NCBI GenBank assembly: GCA_963740315.1
Contig: CAVUDP010000002.1
Location: 320,001 to 384,000, forward strand
DNA from: an uncultured cyanobacterium
GTDB taxonomy: Bacteria; Cyanobacteriota; Cyanobacteriia; Cyanobacteriales; Nostocaceae
Direction of reading: 5' to 3'
Length of the DNA: 64,000 nt
Made by a program: the position numbers and the translations under genes. A model generated the notes under the pieces. That model made no database searches and was not told the origin of the DNA. It was given only the letters and a program-made list of their open reading frames with translations. Below are positions 1-9,811 of the stretch, piece after piece (within the stretch, counting starts at the first letter, position 1; every line of letters starts with the position of its first letter).

Positions 1-9
1 GGAGATGGG

Positions 10-59
10 GAGTACTTCGACAAGTCTTACAGTGAGCTACGTCGAACTGCTCAGTAACC
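10..59 (+). repeat. 50-bp dispersed repeat A (GAGTACTTCGACAAGTCTTACAGTGAGCTACGTCGAACTGCTCAGTAACC) within GGGGAGA-type STRR
   Basis: Identical copies at 34787-34836, 36463-36512 and inverted at 40916-40965. Confidence 0.9.
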
Positions 60-168
60 TTTGGGGAGATGGGGTTCGGGGGAGATGAGGAGATGGGGAG
101 ATGGGGTAAAGGGGGGAGAGGGGGAGAGGGGGTAGAGGGGGGAGAGGGGGTAGAGGGGGTAGTTAAAC

Positions 169-217
169 AGCGAGCAAGATGCATGTCCTGGCGGACACGC
201 TGCGCTAACGCACTACT
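169..217 (+). repeat. 49-bp dispersed repeat B, followed by (TAACTGC/G)n STRR
   Basis: Identical inverted copy at 40842-40890; internally deleted relative at about 2300-2324. Confidence 0.85.
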
Positions 218-261
218 GCTAACTGTTAACTGCTAACTGCTAACTGGTAACTGGTAACTGC

Positions 262-1689
262 TCACTGTCTTTCCCGTACTCTACCTTTCCAGTTAATTGT
301 CTGCTTTGTGGAGCGTTTACCCAAGGAGCGGATTGCTGAAACTTTGATGCGGACTTTTGTACCAACTTCTAATCCTTGTTGAGGAATTGGTAGTTTACCT
401 AAAGCTAAAATAAAGCGGTTGTAATCTTGGTTTACGAATTCGGGGGGAATGTCGGCTTCGTATTCGCCTCCGCGATCGCCTATACTTTCATATTCTACCC
501 GAAACCGTGTTTTAATAACCTCCGATTTGCGAGCTAAATCAACTAGACTTAATGTCAAATTTTCACCGCTACCTACAAAGTCGGCAACTGCTAATTCGGT
601 AACTTCTTTTTCAGGAATGGCATTATTAACTACTAACTTTGTTAAATCGCCTTCTTGTTTTTTACTAATGTCAAGCCACAGTTTTTGAGGAAAATCAACT
701 TCGATTTTACCGTCGTTGTTTAAGTTCAATTTGAGATTAGCTTTACTAAAATTACTTATTGGCTGCTTTTCTAGCCAAACTACCTGAAAATCTCTTTCTA
801 TCCGCTTATCAAACTCGCTATATTTATCCGTAATTACCGAGCCTGGAGCGAGTAAAGAAATGGCACCATTACGATAAATCCAAAGATTTTTTGATAAACG
901 AATTGATTTATTCTGCAACTCTGAAAAATTTAATCGTGCTTGGGGATTATCTGCTGCAAGCTGTGTTTTACCCTTAACTAAACTCAAATACCCCAAACTT
1001 CCTCTTTTTCCATCCTTACCATCCTCGCCATCGCGCCCATCGCTACCGCTGTAACATCTATATGTACGCTTTTTACACTTGTAATTAGCAGTACCTTTTT
1101 TCCCAGTACAGGATTTAACAGTCCAACTGCGGCGGCGACATCTGCAACCGATCGCACCATCACCACCGCGCCCACCGCGCCCTGATTCTGCTCCCTGGCT
1201 GCGAACAAAGATACTTCTTAAATCGGCAATATTACTGTAATAAACTCTTAAAGAACCGCCACTTCCACCGTTTCCACCTCTACCACCGTTGCCACCTTTA
1301 CCACCATCAGGTGCGTGTATATCCCCCTTGCGATCGCCCTTTACCTTGCCACCATATCGACGACGACAGCGAGCGCGATAGCCATCTTCACCATCCTCGC
1401 CATCTTCACCATCACTACCTGACAAATCCAAGCTTACAGGGGAGCCATCAGCAAATACAGTAGCGTCTCTACCACTGCGCCCACTTCTGCCACTGCGCCC
1501 ATTACTACCATCGCTGCCATCGCTATCGCCATATCTTCTATGATTATCGCGTCCATAATCTCTGGCTATTTTTCCAGACTTCTCCAAACATAAAAGCGTA
1601 TCGAATTCAGAAGCAGAAGCAGGTAAACCATTAGCCAACAAGCTAAATAAGAGTAAAAATGATAGCCTTTTCAAAACAAGCTTTAACAT
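262..1689 (-). CDS. Secreted glycine-rich (Gly-X-X repeat, collagen-like) protein
   Basis: 475-aa ORF with signal peptide, several GxxGxxG tracts, a Cys/Arg/Lys-rich loop and a globular C-terminal half. Confidence 0.8.
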   Translation of the reverse strand: MLKLVLKRLSFLLLFSLLANGLPASASEFDTLLCLEKSGKIARDYGRDNHRRYGDSDGSDGSNGRSGRSGRSGRDATVFADGSPVSLDLSGSDGEDGEDGEDGYRARCRRRYGGKVKGDRKGDIHAPDGGKGGNGGRGGNGGSGGSLRVYYSNIADLRSIFVRSQGAESGRGGRGGDGAIGCRCRRRSWTVKSCTGKKGTANYKCKKRTYRCYSGSDGRDGEDGKDGKRGSLGYLSLVKGKTQLAADNPQARLNFSELQNKSIRLSKNLWIYRNGAISLLAPGSVITDKYSEFDKRIERDFQVVWLEKQPISNFSKANLKLNLNNDGKIEVDFPQKLWLDISKKQEGDLTKLVVNNAIPEKEVTELAVADFVGSGENLTLSLVDLARKSEVIKTRFRVEYESIGDRGGEYEADIPPEFVNQDYNRFILALGKLPIPQQGLEVGTKVRIKVSAIRSLGKRSTKQTINWKGRVRERQ

Positions 1690-1954
1690 TTTAGATTCAT
1701 TAATAATTTAGTAGAGAATAATTTTAACCACCGAAATGAAAGTTTATTTTCCAGAATTTGATACAAAAAATCAAGTAAAAATTATACTTTTAAACTTCAA
1801 TTAAACTTAAATTAATATTTGTTTTCATTGGTTTCATTGAATTGATGAATATGATTCCATTTATTAAAGTCAGACTGAAAAAATATAATTTAGTGCCCTT
1901 ATTTAAAATAAAAAGCTGCTGAATGGTAATCTTCGCACTTTCTTGTTGCCAAAA

Positions 1955-2290
1955 AGGTTCGTAGTAAGCGCTTTAGCGCCTCCGGAGCGAGTACAGCCCT
2001 TACTACGAACCTATCAAAACTAATGAAAAGAACTACTAATACGGAGCCAGATTAAATATGATGGGTTCTACGTGCCGACTTTAATCCCAAATCCGGAGGG
2101 GGCTGAAGCCCTTACTACGAACCTATCAAAACTAATGAAAAGAACTACTAATACGGAGCCAGATTAAATATGATGGGTTCTACGTGCCGACTTTAATCCC
2201 AAATCCGGAGGGGGCTGAAGCCCTTACTACGAACCTATCAAAACTAATGAAAAGAACTACTAATACGGAGCCACATTAAATATGATGGGT
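1955..2290. repeat. REP-like palindrome (GTTCGTAGTAAG...CTTACTACGAAC) amplified as about 2.6 tandem 112-bp units
   Basis: AGCCCTTACTACGAACC recurs at 1995, 2107 and 2219; units nearly identical. Confidence 0.9.
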
Positions 2291-2458
2291 AACACATTCG
2301 TAGTGCGTTAGCCAGACGCTCGCTGGTTGTAAAAACATCCTCTAAGAAGCTCCCACTACAAAAATTAATATTTTAGTTTTTAATTAACTTTGCGTAATCA
2401 TGACAAGCATCCATGTATTTATCATTACTATATATTTCACCCAACAATAGTAACCGTG

Positions 2459-3865
2459 ATGCAACTACCATCATCTAACAATGAGCATGAAAATAACGAA
2501 TCCTCTGCACAATTACAAGAAGAAGTTGAACAGCTTTCTAATATCGCCGAAAATTCAGCATTTGACAGCAAAATGCAAACTAAAGTACAAAGCTTACTGG
2601 CTCAGATTAAAACGAGTCTGCAACAGCAGCAATTAAGTATAGAAATGCAGCGAGAGCTTGCTAGATTGCTAGGCTTAATGTCTACATTAGATTATCGCAA
2701 TCCTCAACAAGTTGATATTTTAGATTTAGCTATTTCAATTTTGCTGGAAAATAAAGAAAAAGAACATACTACCAAAAACTTTAAAAATTCTAATTTTCCG
2801 AATAAATTATCTGATAAAAATTCTCGAAACCTAGTTTTTATCCAAGAAGCGCGACGACAAATAGCAATTCAATCGCGAGAATATCCTCATCCTTTCAGCG
2901 CGATTATTAAAGGTACTGGGGGTGCTTATAATCGACTGCTTTCTGGTTTGAGTTGGTTTTTTATCATATTTGTAATTTGTCCCATTTTTGGAGGTGGATT
3001 AACCTTGTTTGCAAGAAGCCTTGTTATCGATAAAGAAAAAAATGTTCAGTTCGATACGATTAAACCGTTGATAGAAAAGTTAGACAAGACGCAGCAGCAA
3101 GCAACAAAAAACGATAGCCTTATTAACGATCTTAAAACTAGGCTTTCAAAAGTAAACCGGGAATTAGATTCATTAGAATCACAATTTAATAACGCTCAAG
3201 AGGGCGATAATAAGAGTCAGTTAAATCTTAATATTACCGAAACGGAAGAAACAATAAAAAATCTACAGGCAAATATCAAAAACGAGTTGGATTCCGTAAA
3301 TAAACAACAGGAATTGCTAAAAGAAACCAAAGAATCGGATATGCAGCCAGAAGAAACTCTTTCTAAAATGACAGATGTAGAGATAAAGCAACTTCAGTCA
3401 GAAAATACATATCAATATATTCTAAAGCTAATAAACGAGAAAGAAGGGAATTTAAATAACAGCAATTCCCGATCGAATTTTGTCAGGGAAGATTTTTTTG
3501 AAACCCGTATTTACTTTATTTTAGTAGCTGTTTCAATGGGTGCGTTAGGAAGTGCAGTCAGCATAATTGTACGTGCGAATAAATTTATCGAACAAGGTAA
3601 AGAAGGACAATCAGACTTATTTTTTACCGGCTTTTTCCGTCCGATTGTCGGTATGTCTTTTGCAATTTTCGCCGTAGCATTGATTGAATCTGGGGTATTT
3701 TCCGGTATTTTCCAAATCTCCGCACGCGAAAACCGTACCATTTATCTTTACATGGCGATCGCCTTTGTTGCTGGATTCAGCGAAAGACTTGTAGAAGACG
3801 TAGTTTTGAAAACCGAAAACACATTAACAGGCTTCTCCTCCCGCTCAAATAGATCGGATAGATAG
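2459..3865 (+). CDS. Membrane protein with long coiled coil between TM segments (unknown function)
   Basis: ORF 2390-3865, ATG 2459 preferred; one central TM, heptad coiled coil, C-terminal TMs with GALGS...RPIVG...AGFSER. Confidence 0.75.
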   Translation: MQLPSSNNEHENNESSAQLQEEVEQLSNIAENSAFDSKMQTKVQSLLAQIKTSLQQQQLSIEMQRELARLLGLMSTLDYRNPQQVDILDLAISILLENKEKEHTTKNFKNSNFPNKLSDKNSRNLVFIQEARRQIAIQSREYPHPFSAIIKGTGGAYNRLLSGLSWFFIIFVICPIFGGGLTLFARSLVIDKEKNVQFDTIKPLIEKLDKTQQQATKNDSLINDLKTRLSKVNRELDSLESQFNNAQEGDNKSQLNLNITETEETIKNLQANIKNELDSVNKQQELLKETKESDMQPEETLSKMTDVEIKQLQSENTYQYILKLINEKEGNLNNSNSRSNFVREDFFETRIYFILVAVSMGALGSAVSIIVRANKFIEQGKEGQSDLFFTGFFRPIVGMSFAIFAVALIESGVFSGIFQISARENRTIYLYMAIAFVAGFSERLVEDVVLKTENTLTGFSSRSNRSDR

Positions 3866-3893
3866 TATTATTAACCTCTTCAACCTTTAACCT

Positions 3894-5012
3894 TTAACCT
3901 TTATCGATCGCAGAATCATCTACTATAATATCTGGATTTGTTGGATTAACCTGTACAAAAGCAAGATTAGTTTCTTGTTTACTACCATCCTTTAATTGCC
4001 AGTGGTTAAGAACATCTTTGACTAAAATTTCTTGGATAAATATTTGCAGGATAAGTACTAAAGGAATTGCCAGAAATACACCAAGAAAGCCAAAGAAATT
4101 AGCAAATATTACCACGGCTAATAAAGTTACTACGGGTAATAAAGAAACCTGTGTTCTCATTACCAAAGGTACAACAATCAAACTTTCAACCTGCTGAATG
4201 CCGAAATATAGTGCAACTACAGCAAGAGCTTTCCAAGGTGCATCGAGTAATGCCAATAACAGCGGTGGAACTAAACTCAATGTCGGACCAACGTTAGGAA
4301 TAAATTCTAAGAATCCAGCTATAATTGCATTAATTAACGGTAGCCGCACGCCTAAAATTAATAATCCAATGTAGCTCAAACCACCGATAAGAAACATGGT
4401 AAGCAGCGTACCTTTGATCCAACCGACTAAATAGTGTTCGCACTTATCAATAATTTCGCCCATACGGTTACGATAAAAGGCTGGGAAAAGCATGATAAAA
4501 CCGCTTCGATAGGGCGTAGGATCTATCAAAAGCATTATTGTTAAAACTAAGAAAAGTAAAAAATTTAAAACAATGTTTAACGACTGACTTAATATGAGAA
4601 TAAAGTTTCCTAAAATTCTATCTAACCAAGTTTCTAAACCTTGAGTTAAATATTTTAAACCTTGAATTTCATCTAAAACTTGTTCGGGAATTACGTTCAA
4701 AAGCCAATCATTCCACGTCCGCACTTGTGCTAAAACTGTTGGTACTAAAGAAGTAAATTCGCGCAATTGTTCAATAATTCGTGGGGCAATCAACGCGAAA
4801 AAGCCCGCAACCATTGTGAGTAGCAAAATAACTGATATCCCAACTGCAAGCCCTCGTGGAATACGAATTTTATGTAATGCTTTAACAACTTGATTTAAAG
4901 CGGTTGCTAACACTATCGCAGCAAAGACTATCAATAAAACTTGTCTAATTTGCCACAAGATATATATTGATACGACAAAAGCAAATAAGCCAATCCATTT
5001 TCCAAAACGCAC
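3894..5012 (-). CDS. AI-2E (PerM/TqsA) family transporter
   Basis: 372-aa hydrophobic ORF with FIPNVGP, IQQVES..VPLVM and GFLGVFLAIPL motifs. Confidence 0.9.
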   Translation of the reverse strand: MRFGKWIGLFAFVVSIYILWQIRQVLLIVFAAIVLATALNQVVKALHKIRIPRGLAVGISVILLLTMVAGFFALIAPRIIEQLREFTSLVPTVLAQVRTWNDWLLNVIPEQVLDEIQGLKYLTQGLETWLDRILGNFILILSQSLNIVLNFLLFLVLTIMLLIDPTPYRSGFIMLFPAFYRNRMGEIIDKCEHYLVGWIKGTLLTMFLIGGLSYIGLLILGVRLPLINAIIAGFLEFIPNVGPTLSLVPPLLLALLDAPWKALAVVALYFGIQQVESLIVVPLVMRTQVSLLPVVTLLAVVIFANFFGFLGVFLAIPLVLILQIFIQEILVKDVLNHWQLKDGSKQETNLAFVQVNPTNPDIIVDDSAIDKG

Positions 5013-5270
5013 AAAACGCCTCCGTGTTTACCCAGTTTTTACCAATTTATATGTAGAATATCCGCGATTTGGATTCGTGTCTTCCTCCTGAAGTAAGTAA
5101 CATTTTACCCGGAATAGAAACAAAAATAAGCAATATCCATCTCTAGAAAGACCAAAATAGTTGTTTATCAAAGTAATGTGGAGTAATAAAGTGTTTAACT
5201 ACTAATAGTTTTGATTTTCTCCACAGGATTATCGTGCTTATTGGAAAACTGAAATACCATTTATAGAATC

Positions 5271-7292
5271 ATGATATTTGTAAAGTGGATCGAGCGCATA
5301 TGTATTGGCTTTATCGGATTTATTCTATTTTTATCTCTTTCTGGCTTAACTAGTTTCGCTAGAGATGTACCTACTCAATTTCCTCCACCTGTAAATTCTC
5401 AGCAACAGCAGCCTACACAACCGCAACCACCTGTAACACCATCTGACTCCGCACCAGGTTTAAGTAACCCGCAAGAATTTACTGCATGGGTGGATAAATT
5501 TATGGATGATGAGATGTCAAAGTCTCATATTCCTGGAGCAGTTATTTCTATAGTTAAAGACGGTAAAGTATTTTTTACTAAAGGTTATGGTTATGCAAAT
5601 GTAGAGAAAAATATTCCGGTAGATGCGGATAAAACTTTGTTTCGTGTTGCTTCTCTCTCCAAATTATTTACAGCAACAGCAGCAATGCAGCTATCTGAGG
5701 GGGGAAAATTGGATATAAAGAGTAACGCAAATCAATATTTGAAAAAATTTAAAATCAAAAATCCTTTTCCGCAACCCGTAACCGCAGCCCAAATGATGAT
5801 GCATACCGATGGTACTACCAAACGACGCATCGGACTTGCAGCACCCACACCGGAAAAAATGTTACCTTTAGGCGATTACTTAGCTAAGTATATGCCCGCG
5901 ATCGAGTGGCAGCCCGGTACACTTTACAGTTATTCGAGTCATAGTACTGCTTTATTAGGTTATTTAGTAGAAACAATTTCTCAAACTCCCTTCGTTGAAT
6001 ACATCGACAAAAATATTTTGCAACCGCTGTCGATGCGCCGCACTACTTTTCTGCAACCCCCACCACCAGATTTAGCAGATAATTTAGCTACGGGTTATCA
6101 GTATAAAAAAGGTAAATATCAAGCCGTTCCCTATCTGTATTTAAATATTGCACCAGCAGCGGCGATAAGTACAACAGCTACAGATATGACTCACTTTATG
6201 AATGCATATTTGCAGTATGGGCGCTATCAAGATAAGCGCATTCTTAAAGAAAATACTGTGCGCGAAATGCTCACAAGACACTTCACCCATCATCCATTAT
6301 TACCGGGTACTGGTTACAGTTTCCGCGAACGTTGGGTAAATAATATTCGCACTTGGGGACATTTAGGAAGTTTGCGGGGATATTCTGCTTCTCTTACTTT
6401 AATGCCAGAACAAAATATTGGTATTTTTATTGCTAACAACAGCTTTACTGGCTTAAGTAGTCCATTCCTAAACCAATTTTTTGACAAATATTTTCCAGTT
6501 ACAAAACCACCTGCATACCCTAAAATTCCATTAAGTCAACAGCAATTAGAAAGATTTACAGGTAATTATCGCGATGTTGAATATCCCCGCAATACTTTTG
6601 CAAAAGTAACTGCACCATTTAAAGATATTAATATTAAACAAGGTGATAAAGGTGATTTAATTATAGATGCTCCAAAACTCTTTTTTGTAAGCAAAATACC
6701 CGATAAAGAATTAATACCAATTGATAAACTATTATTTAGACGACCATCAGATAATGCTTTTACAGCCTTTGGTGATAAAAATGGGAAAATATTTGCATTT
6801 AATCCGCTTTTTCCGAAAATAGGAGCTTACGAGAAAATTGCTTGGTATGAAACTATTTGGGTACAGCTTGGTATTGCAGCTTTTTGTACAATTGTGTTTC
6901 TTTCAGCTTTCATTACGTATCCGATTATTCCAATTATTCGGGGTTTACAAGGAAAGTCTGGTAAATTTGAACGTCATTTTTACGGAGCTTGGATAATAGC
7001 TGGTTTGGTAGGTACTTTAAATTTAGTATTTTTAATTGGCTTACCTTTATCGTTATGGCTTATCGGTTTTTGGAAATTAGCTTATGGTGTACCTACGATA
7101 GTAATTGCTTTATTAGCACTACCATTAATAAGCACTTTTTTGACTTTGGCATTATTCATATTTTCTATAGTAGTTTGGAAATATAAATATTGGTCGATAT
7201 TTGGACGGTTGCATTATTCTTTGATTACTTTAGCTGCATTGATGTTCGTTCCTTTCCTAGCTTATTGGAATCTTTTAGGTTTTCAATTTTAA
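5271..7292 (+). CDS. Serine hydrolase (class C beta-lactamase-like) with C-terminal membrane anchor
   Basis: SxxK (SLSK), YSS and HLG motifs; signal peptide; C-terminal TM helices. Confidence 0.85.
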   Translation: MIFVKWIERICIGFIGFILFLSLSGLTSFARDVPTQFPPPVNSQQQQPTQPQPPVTPSDSAPGLSNPQEFTAWVDKFMDDEMSKSHIPGAVISIVKDGKVFFTKGYGYANVEKNIPVDADKTLFRVASLSKLFTATAAMQLSEGGKLDIKSNANQYLKKFKIKNPFPQPVTAAQMMMHTDGTTKRRIGLAAPTPEKMLPLGDYLAKYMPAIEWQPGTLYSYSSHSTALLGYLVETISQTPFVEYIDKNILQPLSMRRTTFLQPPPPDLADNLATGYQYKKGKYQAVPYLYLNIAPAAAISTTATDMTHFMNAYLQYGRYQDKRILKENTVREMLTRHFTHHPLLPGTGYSFRERWVNNIRTWGHLGSLRGYSASLTLMPEQNIGIFIANNSFTGLSSPFLNQFFDKYFPVTKPPAYPKIPLSQQQLERFTGNYRDVEYPRNTFAKVTAPFKDINIKQGDKGDLIIDAPKLFFVSKIPDKELIPIDKLLFRRPSDNAFTAFGDKNGKIFAFNPLFPKIGAYEKIAWYETIWVQLGIAAFCTIVFLSAFITYPIIPIIRGLQGKSGKFERHFYGAWIIAGLVGTLNLVFLIGLPLSLWLIGFWKLAYGVPTIVIALLALPLISTFLTLALFIFSIVVWKYKYWSIFGRLHYSLITLAALMFVPFLAYWNLLGFQF

Positions 7293-7531
7293 GTAGGATA
7301 ATTGCAAACTAAAACCCCCCTTTTCTAGGGATAACCACTGCATGGGGGAGTAAATGCTTAAAATACTTATATCGTTTCAATACATTTCTGCGTTACGACG
7401 CAACTTTTATTTTCTAATTCACGATATTATGCGTCTAACACACCCTATTAGTACTAAGTTTTATATTCAATCTCTCCAGATTATCTTTTTAGTATATAAT
7501 TATAAAAATCTACGATAAAACTTCTAAAATC

Positions 7532-7866
7532 ATGGACTTAAATAAGATTCCTCAACAAAGTAAGAAAGCCGCTGAAGATTTAGTAGACAATGTAAAAAAA
7601 AAGGACAAGAAGTTGTTGAGAATATTTCTGAAGTAACTAAGAATAAAGCTGAGGATATTACTGAAGAAGCTATCGTTACAGCAGTTGATAAAGCACTTAA
7701 TATAATTGAAATTGCCAGTCAGAGAGTAAAAGAAAAACAAGTTACTGCTGAAAATGTGTCTTTAGAAGTCAATTTAAAAATTGTCGGAGTAGCTGAAATA
7801 AAAATGCGGGCACATATACCAACTTCAGACGGAAAAAATGAAATTATTGATGTTAATCTCTCTTAA
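7532..7866 (+). pseudogene. Small hypothetical gene (about 111 aa) split by a frameshift in an A9 run
   Basis: ATG 7532 reads MDLNKIPQQSKKAAEDLVDNVKKK; the -1 frame after A9 (7594-7602) continues GQEVVENISEV...IIDVNLS to TAA 7866. Confidence 0.7.
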
Positions 7867-7963
7867 TTAAACCTATAAAATTAACGCAACTTCCGAAATT
7901 GGTGCGCTACGACGCAATTTATATTTTTATCAATGCCTCTAACGCACCCTACTAGCTAATTCT

Positions 7964-9022
7964 TCAATTGCTACGAATAGTCATCCTACGGTTATTATTC
8001 GGTTTCCAATCATTCAAAATATCTTTTACCAAAAGTTCTCTTAACCAAACTTGAGAAACAACTACTAAAGGTAAAGCTAAAAACAAACCCAACAATCCAA
8101 AAAACACGGCAAAAGCAACTTGCGATAATAAAGTAATGGCAGGTAACAAAGAAACTTCCCGCTTCATTACCAAAGGTGTCAGAATATTACTTTCAGTTTG
8201 CTGAATAATTATGTAAAGAACAACTACAGCCAAAGCTTTCCAAGGTGCTACAGTTAAAGCCATTACAGCAGGAGGAATTACGCTCAAAGTTGGTCCTAAA
8301 TTGGGAATAAATGTTAATAACCCCGCCAATACAGCATTTACAAAAGGTAAAGGCACTCCCAAAAAAAATAAACCTATTAAACTTAGCGTTGTTATAACTG
8401 CCATGTTAAATACAATGCCAATAAACCAACCTACTAAAGATTCTTCGCATTGCGAAAGTATTTCCGAGGCACGGGAACGATAAAACCCCGGAAATAGCAA
8501 TAAAAAAACCTCTCTGTAAGCAGAAGGATTGGCTAAAAGCATAATGGTGACAACAATCACTAATAGCAAATTTAATATAAAATCAAGAGAGTTTGAAAAG
8601 ACTTTAAAAAAGCCTCCAAACCAATTAGAATCTGAACTGAGTAATCGTTGCCAAAAATTTTCTAAACTACCAATATCGTTCAGTACTTCTCCGGGAATTA
8701 TATTTTGTAACCAGCTATAACCATCTCTTAATTGTTCAAATCCTCGATCGACTAACTTGTTAGATTCTGGTATTTTATCAATAACAGACGGTACAATAAT
8801 TGCAGCAAGTCCAATCAAACCTGCCAATATCAGGAAAATTGAAGCAGCAACGGCAAACCCCCGCTTCATGTGAAGACGAGACTGAATTATTTTTACCAAT
8901 CTATTAATAACCGTCGCAAAAGCTACTGCTGTAAATCCTAATAGCAATACTTGTCTTATCTGCCATAAAACATATAAAACAACAGCAAACAATAGGAAGC
9001 CAATCAATTTCCCGAAGCGCAA
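7964..9022 (-). CDS. AI-2E family transporter (paralog of 3894-5012)
   Basis: Same MRFGK.IG start and FIPNLGP / IQQTESN..TPLVM motifs. Confidence 0.9.
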   Translation of the reverse strand: MRFGKLIGFLLFAVVLYVLWQIRQVLLLGFTAVAFATVINRLVKIIQSRLHMKRGFAVAASIFLILAGLIGLAAIIVPSVIDKIPESNKLVDRGFEQLRDGYSWLQNIIPGEVLNDIGSLENFWQRLLSSDSNWFGGFFKVFSNSLDFILNLLLVIVVTIMLLANPSAYREVFLLLFPGFYRSRASEILSQCEESLVGWFIGIVFNMAVITTLSLIGLFFLGVPLPFVNAVLAGLLTFIPNLGPTLSVIPPAVMALTVAPWKALAVVVLYIIIQQTESNILTPLVMKREVSLLPAITLLSQVAFAVFFGLLGLFLALPLVVVSQVWLRELLVKDILNDWKPNNNRRMTIRSN

Positions 9023-9046
9023 ATTATTACCTCCATTATTTAAAAA

Positions 9047-9607
9047 CTATTTCTCTAACCATTCAACTAAGCCTAAAGAATTAACGCTACCCAAAAAATG
9101 AGCGCCAATAATAGTTACATTTGCAAGCACGAGAAGTAAATCTACAGAGCGTACTACTGTTTCAGGATTATAAACTGCTGCTCCCTGGGGTTGAGCAAGA
9201 GTCTTTGCTAAAACGGCAATTACTGTTTCTTCAGTGGCTAAGAAACCTAAGCCAATTCCTACCAAACTAATAATTAAGCCAATATGCAAAACTCTAATAA
9301 CTTCTTCTTTCTTAGGGTGTAAATTAGTATCGAATAACTGCAACCGCTTGGCTAAACGAGTGTAACGATAAGCCCAAAAAATTCGGAAACCTACCGCAAG
9401 TACCCCACATACTCCTAAAAATATTCCGAATCCAATAAAAGGACTATTTATTGCGCTGAAATTACGGCTGAAGATAACTAATAACAACATGATTCCAGCA
9501 GTCAAACCTAAAACTAAATGAATCCAAAAGCTGATTCTACCGAGTAAGCGAAAGGTACCGGCAAATTCTTGTTTGCTGGGGGAAGATAAAGCTGTTTTTG
9601 ATTGCAT
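9047..9607 (-). CDS. DUF3611 family (Tic21/PIC1-like) membrane protein
   Basis: 186 aa, 4 TM segments, GRISFW.H and K.L.QPQG motifs. Confidence 0.75.
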   Translation of the reverse strand: MQSKTALSSPSKQEFAGTFRLLGRISFWIHLVLGLTAGIMLLLVIFSRNFSAINSPFIGFGIFLGVCGVLAVGFRIFWAYRYTRLAKRLQLFDTNLHPKKEEVIRVLHIGLIISLVGIGLGFLATEETVIAVLAKTLAQPQGAAVYNPETVVRSVDLLLVLANVTIIGAHFLGSVNSLGLVEWLEK

Positions 9608-9811
9608 TGATGTTTTCTCCTTTACTATATTTAGTCAATTTATCGAAAATTAAAAATTATATTAAATATTAGTTTATCTATGATTATTTAAGTAATTCTT
9701 CCTTCAAAAGATAGATAATATAGTAAAAAATGCGTACAAAATAGGGGCTTCCATTCATGAAAACCCCTATTTATAAAAATCTATTTAGATAAGCGATGTA
9801 AAAACATCAAC

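Noticed and set aside
1981..2209. TCCGGA in each 112-bp unit as a second DIF1/sRNA array
   Set aside because: Motifs lie in REP loops, lack the N18-G(T/A)AC element and have no per-unit terminator
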